From Cylindrospermopsis raciborskii Cr2010 (lineage in GTDB: Bacteria > Cyanobacteriota > Cyanobacteriia > Cyanobacteriales > Nostocaceae), in NCBI RefSeq assembly GCF_003367075.2, contig NZ_CP065936.1, forward strand, positions 420,001 through 452,000: a stretch of DNA of 32,000 bases, written 5' to 3'. Under the pieces are notes generated by a model. That model was not told where the DNA came from, made no database searches, and worked only from the letters and a program-made list of their open reading frames with translations. Numbering within the stretch: position 1 is the first letter of the stretch; every line of letters begins with the position of its first letter. Made by a program: the position numbers and the translations under genes. Positions 7,883 to 17,244 of this stretch are shown here, piece after piece.

Positions 7883-8791
7883 ATGGGAGGTATAGATATG
7901 GTGAGGCAAGTTCCACCCAAAACTCAACTGGGGGTGATAAAATCTAACATTAATCAGGTTGGGGAGACAATCGTCCCTGAAATTGTCTACCCAGAAAGTG
8001 ATGGTGAACCCATGGCGGATAATACTAGGCAATTCACATGGATTGTCAAAATCAAGGAGAATTTAGAAATACTATTTAAGTGTAATGCGGATGTGTTTGT
8101 AGCTGGGGACTTATTTTGGTATCCAGTGAAGGGTAGTAACAAAATTAAACTAGCTCCCGATACCATGGTGGTGTTTGGGAGACCCAAGGGACACCGGGGG
8201 TCTTATCGACAGTGGGAGGAGGATAATATTCCTCCCCAGGTGGTGTTTGAAATTTTATCTCCTGGTAATAGTCAAGATGAAATGGACAAAAAAAAGCTGT
8301 TTTATCTGAAACATGGAGTAGAAGAGTATTATGTGTATGACCCAGATAGAATTAGTCTAGAAGTATCTATTAGGGAAAACAATTCATTTAAAGAGATTAA
8401 GGATTTTAGTGTTTGGACTAGTCCAAGACTGAATGTACGGTTTGATATGACGGGAGATGAATTAGTCATCTACTATCAAGATGGTGGTAGGTTTCTTAGT
8501 CCTGTAGAGTTGAGCAATTATGCAGAACAAGAAAATCAACGTGCAGAACGGGAAAGACTGCTTAAAGAACAAGAAAGATTTCTGAAAGAGCAGGAAACTC
8601 AACGTGCAGAACGGGAAAAACTGCTTAAAGAGCAGGAAACTCAACGTGCAGAACGGGAAAAACTGCTTAAAGAGCAGGAAACTCAGCGTGCAGAACAGGA
8701 AAGACTGCTTAAAGAGCAGGAACAACTAAAGTATCAAACCTTACTAGCACAATTAAAAGCAAAGGGTATTGATATCAGTACACTCGAATAA
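7883..8791 (+). CDS. Uma2-family (DUF820) PD-(D/E)XK endonuclease with C-terminal coiled-coil repeats, copy 1 (302 aa)
   Basis: Motifs are YPESDGEPMADNTRQF, APDTMVVFG, EILSPGN..DE.DKKKLFY..GVEEYYVYDP, then a tail with four QRAE modules and LLAQLKAKGIDISTLE. A GGAGG lies 7 nt before the second ATG (7898), so the true start may be 15 nt later. Confidence 0.85.
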   Translation: MGGIDMVRQVPPKTQLGVIKSNINQVGETIVPEIVYPESDGEPMADNTRQFTWIVKIKENLEILFKCNADVFVAGDLFWYPVKGSNKIKLAPDTMVVFGRPKGHRGSYRQWEEDNIPPQVVFEILSPGNSQDEMDKKKLFYLKHGVEEYYVYDPDRISLEVSIRENNSFKEIKDFSVWTSPRLNVRFDMTGDELVIYYQDGGRFLSPVELSNYAEQENQRAERERLLKEQERFLKEQETQRAEREKLLKEQETQRAEREKLLKEQETQRAEQERLLKEQEQLKYQTLLAQLKAKGIDISTLE

Positions 8792-9019
8792 ACTATTACC
8801 TGGACCGGAATACCCCCGTGAGAAGGGTTTTCTCAACCTGAGATTTTTCTCTACTTAAAGCAGTACGAAGTAACATGGGAGTTTGGAACTGATATTGACA
8901 CCATGCTCAATGCCCATTTTTGGCAATAGCGATCGCAAACTGCATTGCATAACTAAAATAAACAGAATTAATGTTATAAAAAATGGCTTAAAGAAATGTA
9001 GACTAAGTGCCATATCCCC

Positions 9020-9198
9020 TTGACTTATGCAAGAAATATGATATTATCAGACAGGTAATTAATAGCCTCGTGTGGAAATAAAATATAAGTCAAACCATAA
9101 GGTGCAGAGCTTTGACGGTCTACATGATCTCAGTTCGTGCCAACCAGACTCACCCACCCAAGTAACTACAAGAGTCGAGTGGTAAGGATTCTCTTACC
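9020..9198 (+). ncRNA. R element copy R2 (R1-type variant)
   Basis: It has the same promoter (TTGACT 9020-9025) and body as R1, with small indels in the 5' hairpin region. It ends in the GGTAAG-gattct-CTTACC hairpin where it is fused to the hicB-tail module. Confidence 0.4.
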
Positions 9199-9390
9199 CC
9201 AGCCTAAAAACCTCTTGAAATATATTCAGGTAGCATAACCACTCTGGAAGATTGCCTTGACCAATATCTTTTAACCAAGAGCGATCGCCCGACTGCTAAC
9301 CAATAATCACCCGTAAGGTGACGAGTTGCCTTTTACTTTAAAGAAGCCATGTTATAGTAAGTTAAACCGATTGAGTCAATACCAAAGTGA

Positions 9391-10341
9391 ATGGGAGGTA
9401 TAGATATGGTGAGGCAAGTTCCACCAAAAACTCAACTGGGGGTGGTAAAATCTAACATTAATCAGGTTGGGGAGACGATCGCGTCTGAAATTGTCTACCC
9501 AGAAAGTGATGGTGAACCCATGGCGGATAATACTAGGCAATTCACATGGATTGTCAAAATAAAGGAGAATTTAGAAATACTATTTAAGTATAATGCGGAT
9601 GTGTTTGTGGCTGGGGACTTATTTTGGTATCCAGTGAAGGGTAGTAACAAAATTAAACTAGCTCCCGATACCATGGTGGTGTTTGGGAGACCCAAGGGAC
9701 ACCGGGGGTCTTATCGACAGTGGGAAGAAGATAATATTCCTCCCCAGGTGGTGTTTGAAATTTTATCTCCTGGTAATAGTCAAGATGAAATGGACAAAAA
9801 AAAGCTGTTTTATCTGAAACATGGAGTAGAAGAGTATTATGTGTATGACCCAGATAGGATTAGTCTAGAAGTATCTATTAGAGAAAATAATTCATTTAAA
9901 GAGATTAAGGATTTTAGTGTTTGGACTAGTCCAAGACTGAATGTACGGTTTGATATGACGGGAGATGAATTAGTCATCTACTATCCAGATGGTGGTAGGT
10001 TTCTTAGTCCTGTAGAGTTGAGCAATTATGCAGAACAAGAAAATCAACGTGCAGAACGGGAAAAACTGCTTAAAGAGCAGGAAACTCAGCGTGCAGAACG
10101 GGAAAAACTGCTTAAAGAGCAGGAAACTCAGCGTGCAGAACGGGAAAAACTGCTTAAAGAGCAGGAAACTCAACGTGCAGAACGGGAAAAACTGCTTAAA
10201 GAGCAGGAAACTCAACGTGCAGAACAGGAAAGACTGCTTAAAGAACAGGAAAAATTTCTGAAAGAGCAGGAACAACTAAAATATCAAACCTTACTAGCAC
10301 AATTAAAAGCTAAGGGTATTGATATCAGCACACTCGAATAA
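9391..10341 (+). CDS. Uma2-family endonuclease, copy 2 (316 aa)
   Basis: It has the same domain motifs as copy 1 with the N-terminal variant VVKSNINQVGETIASE and KYNAD. The tail has five QRAE modules. Confidence 0.85.
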   Translation: MGGIDMVRQVPPKTQLGVVKSNINQVGETIASEIVYPESDGEPMADNTRQFTWIVKIKENLEILFKYNADVFVAGDLFWYPVKGSNKIKLAPDTMVVFGRPKGHRGSYRQWEEDNIPPQVVFEILSPGNSQDEMDKKKLFYLKHGVEEYYVYDPDRISLEVSIRENNSFKEIKDFSVWTSPRLNVRFDMTGDELVIYYPDGGRFLSPVELSNYAEQENQRAEREKLLKEQETQRAEREKLLKEQETQRAEREKLLKEQETQRAEREKLLKEQETQRAEQERLLKEQEKFLKEQEQLKYQTLLAQLKAKGIDISTLE

Positions 10342-10380
10342 ACTATTACCTGGACCAGAATACCCCCGTGAGAAGGGTTT

Positions 10381-10398
10381 TCTCAACCTGAGATTTTT
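10381..10398 (+). terminator. Weak hairpin plus T-run after the Uma2 stop
   Basis: TCTCA-acc-TGAGA is followed by TTTTT. It recurs after copies 1, 2, 3 and 6 and after the 5326 fragment. It is deleted after copies 4 and 5. Confidence 0.25.
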
Positions 10399-10440
10399 CT
10401 CTACTTAAAACAGTACGAAGTAAGTCGTCCATGGCAAGGG

Positions 10441-10470
10441 TTGCTGATTTTGCCCAGTCAGGGTTATAAT
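10441..10470 (+). promoter_or_regulatory. Candidate promoter P_D (TTGCTG-N18-TATAAT) between Uma2 copies
   Basis: TTGCTG is at 10441-10446 and a perfect TATAAT at 10465-10470, about 240 nt upstream of the next Uma2 start. The same module lies at 11759-11788, 12971-13000, 15580-15609 and 18242-18271. Confidence 0.4.
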
Positions 10471-10708
10471 GTGGGTGCCAAAAGTAAGGCGGCTTTATCT
10501 AACGGATTTGAGGGAAAGGCAAAACCTGAGTCCCAATTTGACCTTGTTACAGTTGTTAGGAACGAATGAGGAGGAGAGTGGGAAGATAGGTAACGACAGG
10601 AGAATTTCTACCGACGGTTTTTTCTGAATTTCCAGGTACATGGGGGTTTGGGACTGATAAGAAGCTATGTAATAGTAAATTAAACCGATTGAGTCAATAC
10701 CAAAGTGA

Positions 10709-11659
10709 ATGGGAGGTATAGATATGGTGAGGCAAGTTCCACCAAAAACTCAACTGGGGGTGGTAAAATCCAATAAAAATCAGCTTGGGGAGACGATCGC
10801 GTCTGAAATTGTCTACCCAGAAAGTGATGGTGAACCCATGGCGGATAATACTAGGCAATTCACATGGATTGTCAAAATAAAGGAGAATTTAGAAATACTA
10901 TTTAAGTATAATGCGGATGTGTTTGTAGCTGGGGACTTATTTTGGTATCCAGTGAAGGGTAGTAACAAAATTAAACTAGCTCCCGATACCATGGTGGTGT
11001 TTGGGAGACCCAAGGCACACCGGGGGTCTTATCGACAGTGGGAAGAAGATAATATTCCTCCCCAGGTGGTGTTTGAAATTTTATCTCCTGGTAATAGTCA
11101 AGATGAAATGGACAAAAAAAAGCTGTTTTATCTGAAACATGGAGTAGAAGAGTATTATGTGTATGACCCAGATAGGATTAGTCTAGAAGTATCTATTAGA
11201 GAAAATAATTCATTTAAAGAGATTAAGGATTTTAGTGTTTGGACTAGTCCAAGACTGAATGTACGGTTTGATATGACGGGAGATGAATTAGTCATCTACT
11301 ATCCAGATGGTGGTAGGTTTCTTAGTCCTGTAGAGTTGAGCAATTATGCAGAACAAGAAAATCAACGTGCAGAACGGGAAACTCAGCGTGCAGAACGGGA
11401 AAAACTGCTTAAAGAGCAGGAAACTCAGCGTGCAGAACGGGAAAAACTGCTTAAAGAGCAGGAAACTCAACGTGCAGAACGGGAAAAACTGCTTAAAGAA
11501 CAGGAAAAATTTCTGAAAGAGCAGGAAACTCAACGTGCAGAACAGGAAAGACTGCTTAAAGAACAGGAAAAATTTCTGAAAGAGCAGGAACAACTAAAAT
11601 ATCAAACCTTACTAGCACAATTAAAAGCTAAGGGTATTGATATCAGCACACTCGAATAA
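10709..11659 (+). CDS. Uma2-family endonuclease, copy 3 (316 aa)
   Basis: It carries the variants KSNKNQLGETIASE and KAHRGS. The tail has five QRAE modules in a different arrangement, including a truncated QRAERET unit. Confidence 0.85.
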   Translation: MGGIDMVRQVPPKTQLGVVKSNKNQLGETIASEIVYPESDGEPMADNTRQFTWIVKIKENLEILFKYNADVFVAGDLFWYPVKGSNKIKLAPDTMVVFGRPKAHRGSYRQWEEDNIPPQVVFEILSPGNSQDEMDKKKLFYLKHGVEEYYVYDPDRISLEVSIRENNSFKEIKDFSVWTSPRLNVRFDMTGDELVIYYPDGGRFLSPVELSNYAEQENQRAERETQRAEREKLLKEQETQRAEREKLLKEQETQRAEREKLLKEQEKFLKEQETQRAEQERLLKEQEKFLKEQEQLKYQTLLAQLKAKGIDISTLE

Positions 11660-12026
11660 ACTATTACCTGGACCAGAATACCCCCGTGAGAAGGGTTTTC
11701 TCAACCTGAGATTTTTCTCTACTTAAAACAGTACGAAGTAAGTCGTCCATGGCAAGGGTTGCTGATTTTGCCCAGTCAGGGTTATAATGTGGGTGCCAAA
11801 AGTAAGGCGGCTTTATCTAACGGATTTGAGGGAAAGGCAAAACCTGAGTCCCAATTTGACCTTGTTACAGTTGTTAGGAACGAATGAGGAGGAGAGTGGG
11901 AAGATAGGTAACGACAGGAGAATTTCTACCGACGGTTTTTTCTGAATTTCCAGGTACATGGGGGTTTGGGACTGATAAGAAGCTATGTAATAGTAAATTA
12001 AACCGATTGAGTCAATACCAAAGTGA

Positions 12027-12935
12027 ATGGGAGGTATAGATATGGTGAGGCAAGTTCCACCAAAAACTCAACTGGGGGTGGTAAAATCCAATAAAAATCA
12101 GCTTGGGGAGACGATCGCGTCTGAAATTGTCTACCCAGAAAGTGATGGTGAACCCATGGCGGATAATACTAGGCAATTCACATGGATTGTCAAAATAAAG
12201 GAGAATTTAGAAATACTATTTAAGTATAATGCGGATGTGTTTGTAGCTGGGGACTTATTTTGGTATCCAGTGAAGGGTAGTAACAAAATTAAACTAGCTC
12301 CCGATACCATGGTGGTGTTTGGGAGACCCAAGGCACACCGGGGGTCTTATCGACAGTGGGAAGAAGATAATATTCCTCCCCAGGTGGTGTTTGAAATTTT
12401 ATCTCCTGGTAATAGTCAAGATGAAATGGACAAAAAAAAGCTGTTTTATCTGAAACATGGAGTAGAAGAGTATTATGTGTATGACCCAGATAGGATTAGT
12501 CTAGAAGTATCTATTAGGGAAAACAATTCATTTAAAGAGATTAAGGATTTTAGTGTTTGGACTAGTCCAAGACTGAATGTACGGTTTGATATGACGGGAG
12601 ATGAATTAGTCATCTATTATCCAGATGGTGGTAGGTTTCTTAGTCCTGTAGAGTTGAGCAATTATGCAGAACAAGAAAATCAACGTGCAGAACGGGAAAA
12701 ACTGCTTAAAGAGCAGGAAACTCAGCGTGCAGAACGGGAAAAACTGCTTAAAGAGCAGGAAACTCAACGTGCAGAACGGGAAAAACTGCTTAAAGAACAA
12801 GAAAGATTTCTGAAAGAGCAGGAAACTCAACGTGCAGAACAGGAAAGACTGCTTAAAGAGCAGGAACAACTAAAGTATCAAACCTTACTAGCACAATTAA
12901 AAGCTAAGGGTATTGATATCAGCACACTCGAATAA
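12027..12935 (+). CDS. Uma2-family endonuclease, copy 4 (302 aa), chimeric
   Basis: The 5' part matches copy 3 through 12494. From 12495 onward the sequence matches copy 5. Confidence 0.85.
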   Translation: MGGIDMVRQVPPKTQLGVVKSNKNQLGETIASEIVYPESDGEPMADNTRQFTWIVKIKENLEILFKYNADVFVAGDLFWYPVKGSNKIKLAPDTMVVFGRPKAHRGSYRQWEEDNIPPQVVFEILSPGNSQDEMDKKKLFYLKHGVEEYYVYDPDRISLEVSIRENNSFKEIKDFSVWTSPRLNVRFDMTGDELVIYYPDGGRFLSPVELSNYAEQENQRAEREKLLKEQETQRAEREKLLKEQETQRAEREKLLKEQERFLKEQETQRAEQERLLKEQEQLKYQTLLAQLKAKGIDISTLE

Positions 12936-13072
12936 ACTATTACCTGGACCGGATACCCCCGTGAGAAGGGTTGCTGATTTTGCCCAGTCAGGGTTATAAT
13001 GTGGGTGCAAAGTTACCTTCCTTAAATTAGAAAACTGGATTTCATCCTGATGCAAAAGTTTTATTAAATTTA

Positions 13073-13245
13073 GTAGTCCACCTCCCTGACTTCCCTTTTC
13101 AAGACATCCACACCCACGGGAATACTTATGAGGAAGCAGCCAAACATGGTCAGCAAGTGATTGACAGTTATCTTCAGCTTTATCAAGAAAATAACCAACC
13201 TCTACCCCAGCCTAAAAACCTCTTGAAATATATTCAGGTAGCATA
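13073..13245 (+). pseudogene. 3' fragment of hicB (173 bp, no start codon)
   Basis: It is identical to hicB 6360-6533 at a constant offset of 6713. The block 6360-7882 is re-used at 13073-14635 and 15682-17244, apart from a 41-bp indel. Confidence 0.8.
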
Positions 13246-13468
13246 ACCACTCTGGAAGATTGCCTTGACCAATATCTTTTAACCAAGAGCGATCGCCATC
13301 AGTTCAAGCGCGATATCACCAACACCGACAGCCTAGCTGCTGAGTTTGTCGCCTTTGACAATTGCAGGTAAAGATGGTAAAGATGCTAAAATCTATTTAG
13401 AAAAACAACTTAAACAAAGACTCGCAAGACTAGAAGAATTGCAAGGAACTGTTGCAAAATGCAGAAAC

Positions 13469-13626
13469 GGAGCCATATCCCGTTGGTCTGTTGGGTTTCG
13501 TGCCTCAACCCAACCTACGATTACCCACGACAAAACCAGTCGGGTACGGAGCCATATCCCGTTGGTCTGTTGGGTTTCGTGCCTCAACCCAACCTACGAT
13601 TACCCACGACAAAACCAGTCGGGTAA
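13469..13626. repeat. 79-bp tandem repeat x2 (second locus)
   Basis: Same sequence as 6756-6913, at offset 6713. Confidence 0.85.
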
Positions 13627-14012
13627 GGGTTGGACATCACTATCCTTCCCTCCCCTAAGAACCGGACTTGACAGTTTCCTCCGGCTCAAGCCTTACTTCA
13701 AGCCTTTCAACTTGGGTTTTGAGTGTGCCTGTTTATGAGAGACTGAGTGCAAATACTTCAGGTTTTCTATGTCGTCCAGACCACCTTTTGCAACAGGTAC
13801 TATGTGGTGGGTTTCGATTCCATCTCCATTGAGTAGTGGTTCACCGCAGATGGGACATTTTGCTCTCGACCGTTTAGATTTTTGACTTCCACCCCTAGTC
13901 TCTTACAGAGAGCTAACACTTTCTTTTTCGAGGGTTTGATAAGGAATTCCGTCACGGGTAATTCATTGGCGATCTCCCACAGGGAGTGCTTCCCAATCCC
14001 CCTTAACCGCAC
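13482..14012 (-). mobile_element. Group II-intron-derived insertion (copy 2 of 3)
   Basis: Identical to 6769-7299 at offset 6713. Confidence 0.55.
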
Positions 14013-14015
14013 CCC

Positions 14016-14187
14016 TTGACTTATAGGAAAAACCTGATATTATATTTTCACGGGTTAAATAACCCTGCCACATACGAATAAAATATCAAGTAAACAATAA
14101 GGTGCTGAACTTTGACGGTCTACATGATCTCGGTTCGTACCAACCAGACTCATCCACCCAAGTAACTACAAGAGTCGAGTGGTAAGG
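14016..14187 (+). ncRNA. R element copy R3b
   Basis: Identical to 7303-7474 (TTGACT at 14016-14021). Confidence 0.4.
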
Positions 14188-14635
14188 GGTCTTTGTCTCA
14201 ATTTTAGACTACAATCAATAATTACCCACAGTTTGAGCAGCGGTTAAGTTTGATAGAGACTATACTAGCAAATAAGTTCCCAGACTTGACCAAGGAGATG
14301 ATTATGCAGTTGCAAGTCTCGTTTTTACCAAGAGATTCGGATGGAGGCCCTACAAGAGGGAGAACGGCGTGGGAGAGAAAAAGGAAGAGAGGAAAGACAG
14401 CGAACGAAGAGTAACGCGGCTTTATCTAACGGATTTGAGGGAAAGGCAAAACCTGAGTCCCAATTTGACCTTGTTACAGTTGTTAGGAACGAATGAGGAG
14501 GAGAGTGGGAAGATAGGTAACGACAGGAGAATTTCTACCGACGGTTTTTTCTGAATTTCCAGGTACATGGGGGTTTGGGACTGATAAGAAGCTATGTAAT
14601 AGTAAATTAAACCGATTGAGTCAATACCAAAGTGA

Positions 14636-15544
14636 ATGGGAGGTATAGATATGGTGAGGCAAGTTCCACCCAAAACTCAACTGGGGGTGATAAAATCTAA
14701 CATTAATCAGGTTGGGGAGACAATCGTCCCTGAAATTGTCTACCCAGAAAGTGATGGTGAACCCATGGCGGATAATACTAGGCAATTCACATGGATTGTC
14801 AAAATCAAGGAGAATTTAGAAATACTATTTAAGTGTAATGCGGATGTGTTTGTAGCTGGGGACTTATTTTGGTATCCAGTGAAGGGTAGTAACAAAATTA
14901 AACTAGCTCCCGATACCATGGTGGTGTTTGGGAGACCCAAGGGACACCGGGGGTCTTATCGACAGTGGGAGGAGGATAATATTCCTCCCCAGGTGGTGTT
15001 TGAAATTTTATCTCCTGGTAATACTCAAGATGAAATGGACAAAAAAAAGCTGTTTTATCTGAAACATGGAGTAGAAGAGTATTATGTGTATGACCCAGAT
15101 AGAATTAGTCTAGAAGTATCTATTAGGGAAAACAATTCATTTAAAGAGATTAAGGATTTTAGTGTTTGGACTAGTCCAAGACTGAATGTACGGTTTGATA
15201 TGACGGGAGATGAATTAGTCATCTATTATCCAGATGGTGGTAGGTTTCTTAGTCCTGTAGAGTTGAGCAATTATGCAGAACAAGAAAATCAACGTGCAGA
15301 ACGGGAAAAACTGCTTAAAGAGCAGGAAACTCAGCGTGCAGAACGGGAAAAACTGCTTAAAGAGCAGGAAACTCAACGTGCAGAACGGGAAAAACTGCTT
15401 AAAGAACAAGAAAGATTTCTGAAAGAGCAGGAAACTCAACGTGCAGAACAGGAAAGACTGCTTAAAGAGCAGGAACAACTAAAGTATCAAACCTTACTAG
15501 CACAATTAAAAGCTAAGGGTATTGATATCAGCACACTCGAATAA
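14636..15544 (+). CDS. Uma2-family endonuclease, copy 5 (302 aa)
   Basis: The N-terminal haplotype matches copy 1 (VIKSNINQVGETIVPE, KCNAD) with NTQDE in place of NSQDE. The tail is identical to copy 4. Confidence 0.85.
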   Translation: MGGIDMVRQVPPKTQLGVIKSNINQVGETIVPEIVYPESDGEPMADNTRQFTWIVKIKENLEILFKCNADVFVAGDLFWYPVKGSNKIKLAPDTMVVFGRPKGHRGSYRQWEEDNIPPQVVFEILSPGNTQDEMDKKKLFYLKHGVEEYYVYDPDRISLEVSIRENNSFKEIKDFSVWTSPRLNVRFDMTGDELVIYYPDGGRFLSPVELSNYAEQENQRAEREKLLKEQETQRAEREKLLKEQETQRAEREKLLKEQERFLKEQETQRAEQERLLKEQEQLKYQTLLAQLKAKGIDISTLE

Positions 15545-15681
15545 ACTATTACCTGGACCGGATACCCCCGTGAGAAGGGTTGCTGATTTTGCCCAGTCAG
15601 GGTTATAATGTGGGTGCAAAGTTACCTTCCTTAAATTAGAAAACTGGATTTCATCCTGATGCAAAAGTTTTATTAAATTTA

Positions 15682-15854
15682 GTAGTCCACCTCCCTGACT
15701 TCCCTTTTCAAGACATCCACACCCACGGGAATACTTATGAGGAAGCAGCCAAACATGGTCAGCAAGTGATTGACAGTTATCTTCAGCTTTATCAAGAAAA
15801 TAACCAACCTCTACCCCAGCCTAAAAACCTCTTGAAATATATTCAGGTAGCATA
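15682..15854 (+). pseudogene. 3' fragment of hicB (second truncated copy)
   Basis: Identical to 13073-13245 at offset 2609. Confidence 0.8.
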
Positions 15855-16077
15855 ACCACTCTGGAAGATTGCCTTGACCAATATCTTTTAACCAAGAGCG
15901 ATCGCCATCAGTTCAAGCGCGATATCACCAACACCGACAGCCTAGCTGCTGAGTTTGTCGCCTTTGACAATTGCAGGTAAAGATGGTAAAGATGCTAAAA
16001 TCTATTTAGAAAAACAACTTAAACAAAGACTCGCAAGACTAGAAGAATTGCAAGGAACTGTTGCAAAATGCAGAAAC

Positions 16078-16235
16078 GGAGCCATATCCCGTTGGTCTGT
16101 TGGGTTTCGTGCCTCAACCCAACCTACGATTACCCACGACAAAACCAGTCGGGTACGGAGCCATATCCCGTTGGTCTGTTGGGTTTCGTGCCTCAACCCA
16201 ACCTACGATTACCCACGACAAAACCAGTCGGGTAA
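16078..16235. repeat. 79-bp tandem repeat x2 (third locus)
   Basis: Same sequence as 6756-6913. Confidence 0.85.
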
Positions 16236-16621
16236 GGGTTGGACATCACTATCCTTCCCTCCCCTAAGAACCGGACTTGACAGTTTCCTCCGGCTCAAGC
16301 CTTACTTCAAGCCTTTCAACTTGGGTTTTGAGTGTGCCTGTTTATGAGAGACTGAGTGCAAATACTTCAGGTTTTCTATGTCGTCCAGACCACCTTTTGC
16401 AACAGGTACTATGTGGTGGGTTTCGATTCCATCTCCATTGAGTAGTGGTTCACCGCAGATGGGACATTTTGCTCTCGACCGTTTAGATTTTTGACTTCCA
16501 CCCCTAGTCTCTTACAGAGAGCTAACACTTTCTTTTTCGAGGGTTTGATAAGGAATTCCGTCACGGGTAATTCATTGGCGATCTCCCACAGGGAGTGCTT
16601 CCCAATCCCCCTTAACCGCAC
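16091..16621 (-). mobile_element. Group II-intron-derived insertion (copy 3 of 3)
   Basis: Identical to 13482-14012 at offset 2609. Confidence 0.55.
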
Positions 16622-16624
16622 CCC

Positions 16625-16796
16625 TTGACTTATAGGAAAAACCTGATATTATATTTTCACGGGTTAAATAACCCTGCCACATACGAATAAAATATCAAGT
16701 AAACAATAAGGTGCTGAACTTTGACGGTCTACATGATCTCGGTTCGTACCAACCAGACTCATCCACCCAAGTAACTACAAGAGTCGAGTGGTAAGG
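16625..16796 (+). ncRNA. R element copy R3c
   Basis: Identical to 14016-14187. Confidence 0.4.
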
Positions 16797-17244
16797 GGTC
16801 TTTGTCTCAATTTTAGACTACAATCAATAATTACCCACAGTTTGAGCAGCGGTTAAGTTTGATAGAGACTATACTAGCAAATAAGTTCCCAGACTTGACC
16901 AAGGAGATGATTATGCAGTTGCAAGTCTCGTTTTTACCAAGAGATTCGGATGGAGGCCCTACAAGAGGGAGAACGGCGTGGGAGAGAAAAAGGAAGAGAG
17001 GAAAGACAGCGAACGAAGAGTAACGCGGCTTTATCTAACGGATTTGAGGGAAAGGCAAAACCTGAGTCCCAATTTGACCTTGTTACAGTTGTTAGGAACG
17101 AATGAGGAGGAGAGTGGGAAGATAGGTAACGACAGGAGAATTTCTACCGACGGTTTTTTCTGAATTTCCAGGTACATGGGGGTTTGGGACTGATAAGAAG
17201 CTATGTAATAGTAAATTAAACCGATTGAGTCAATACCAAAGTGA

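Larger units (their letters stand above)
9341..12494 (+). repeat. Tandem duplication with 1318-bp period (Uma2 gene plus 367-bp spacer), about 2.4 units
   Basis: The Uma2 starts at 9391, 10709 and 12027 are exactly 1318 bp apart. The spacers 10342-10708 and 11660-12026 look identical by eye. Confidence 0.85.

Noticed and set aside
7537-7920. ORFs 7537-7743 and 7612-7920, and 14369-14554/14422-14673 with their copies
   Set aside because: They lie in the purine-rich Uma2 leader. Only the first ~28 codons of 7537-7743 resemble a real protein (the DUF4351-like tail fragment). The rest is mosaic junction sequence that differs between repeat copies by indels.
7987-8187. 66-aa antisense ORFs inside each Uma2 core (7987, 9495, 10813, 12131, 14740, 17349)
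   Set aside because: They are fully nested antisense to a well-supported CDS, with no motif and no translation signal.
8462-8725. Antisense ORFs across the Uma2 repeat tails (FLLFKQFFPFCTLS..., also 9970-10275, 11288-11593, 12606-12869, 15215-15478, 17824-18066, and 10028-10261 on the + strand)
   Set aside because: These are low-complexity frames generated by the 42-bp repeat. The sense frame has clear Uma2 homology continuing through it.
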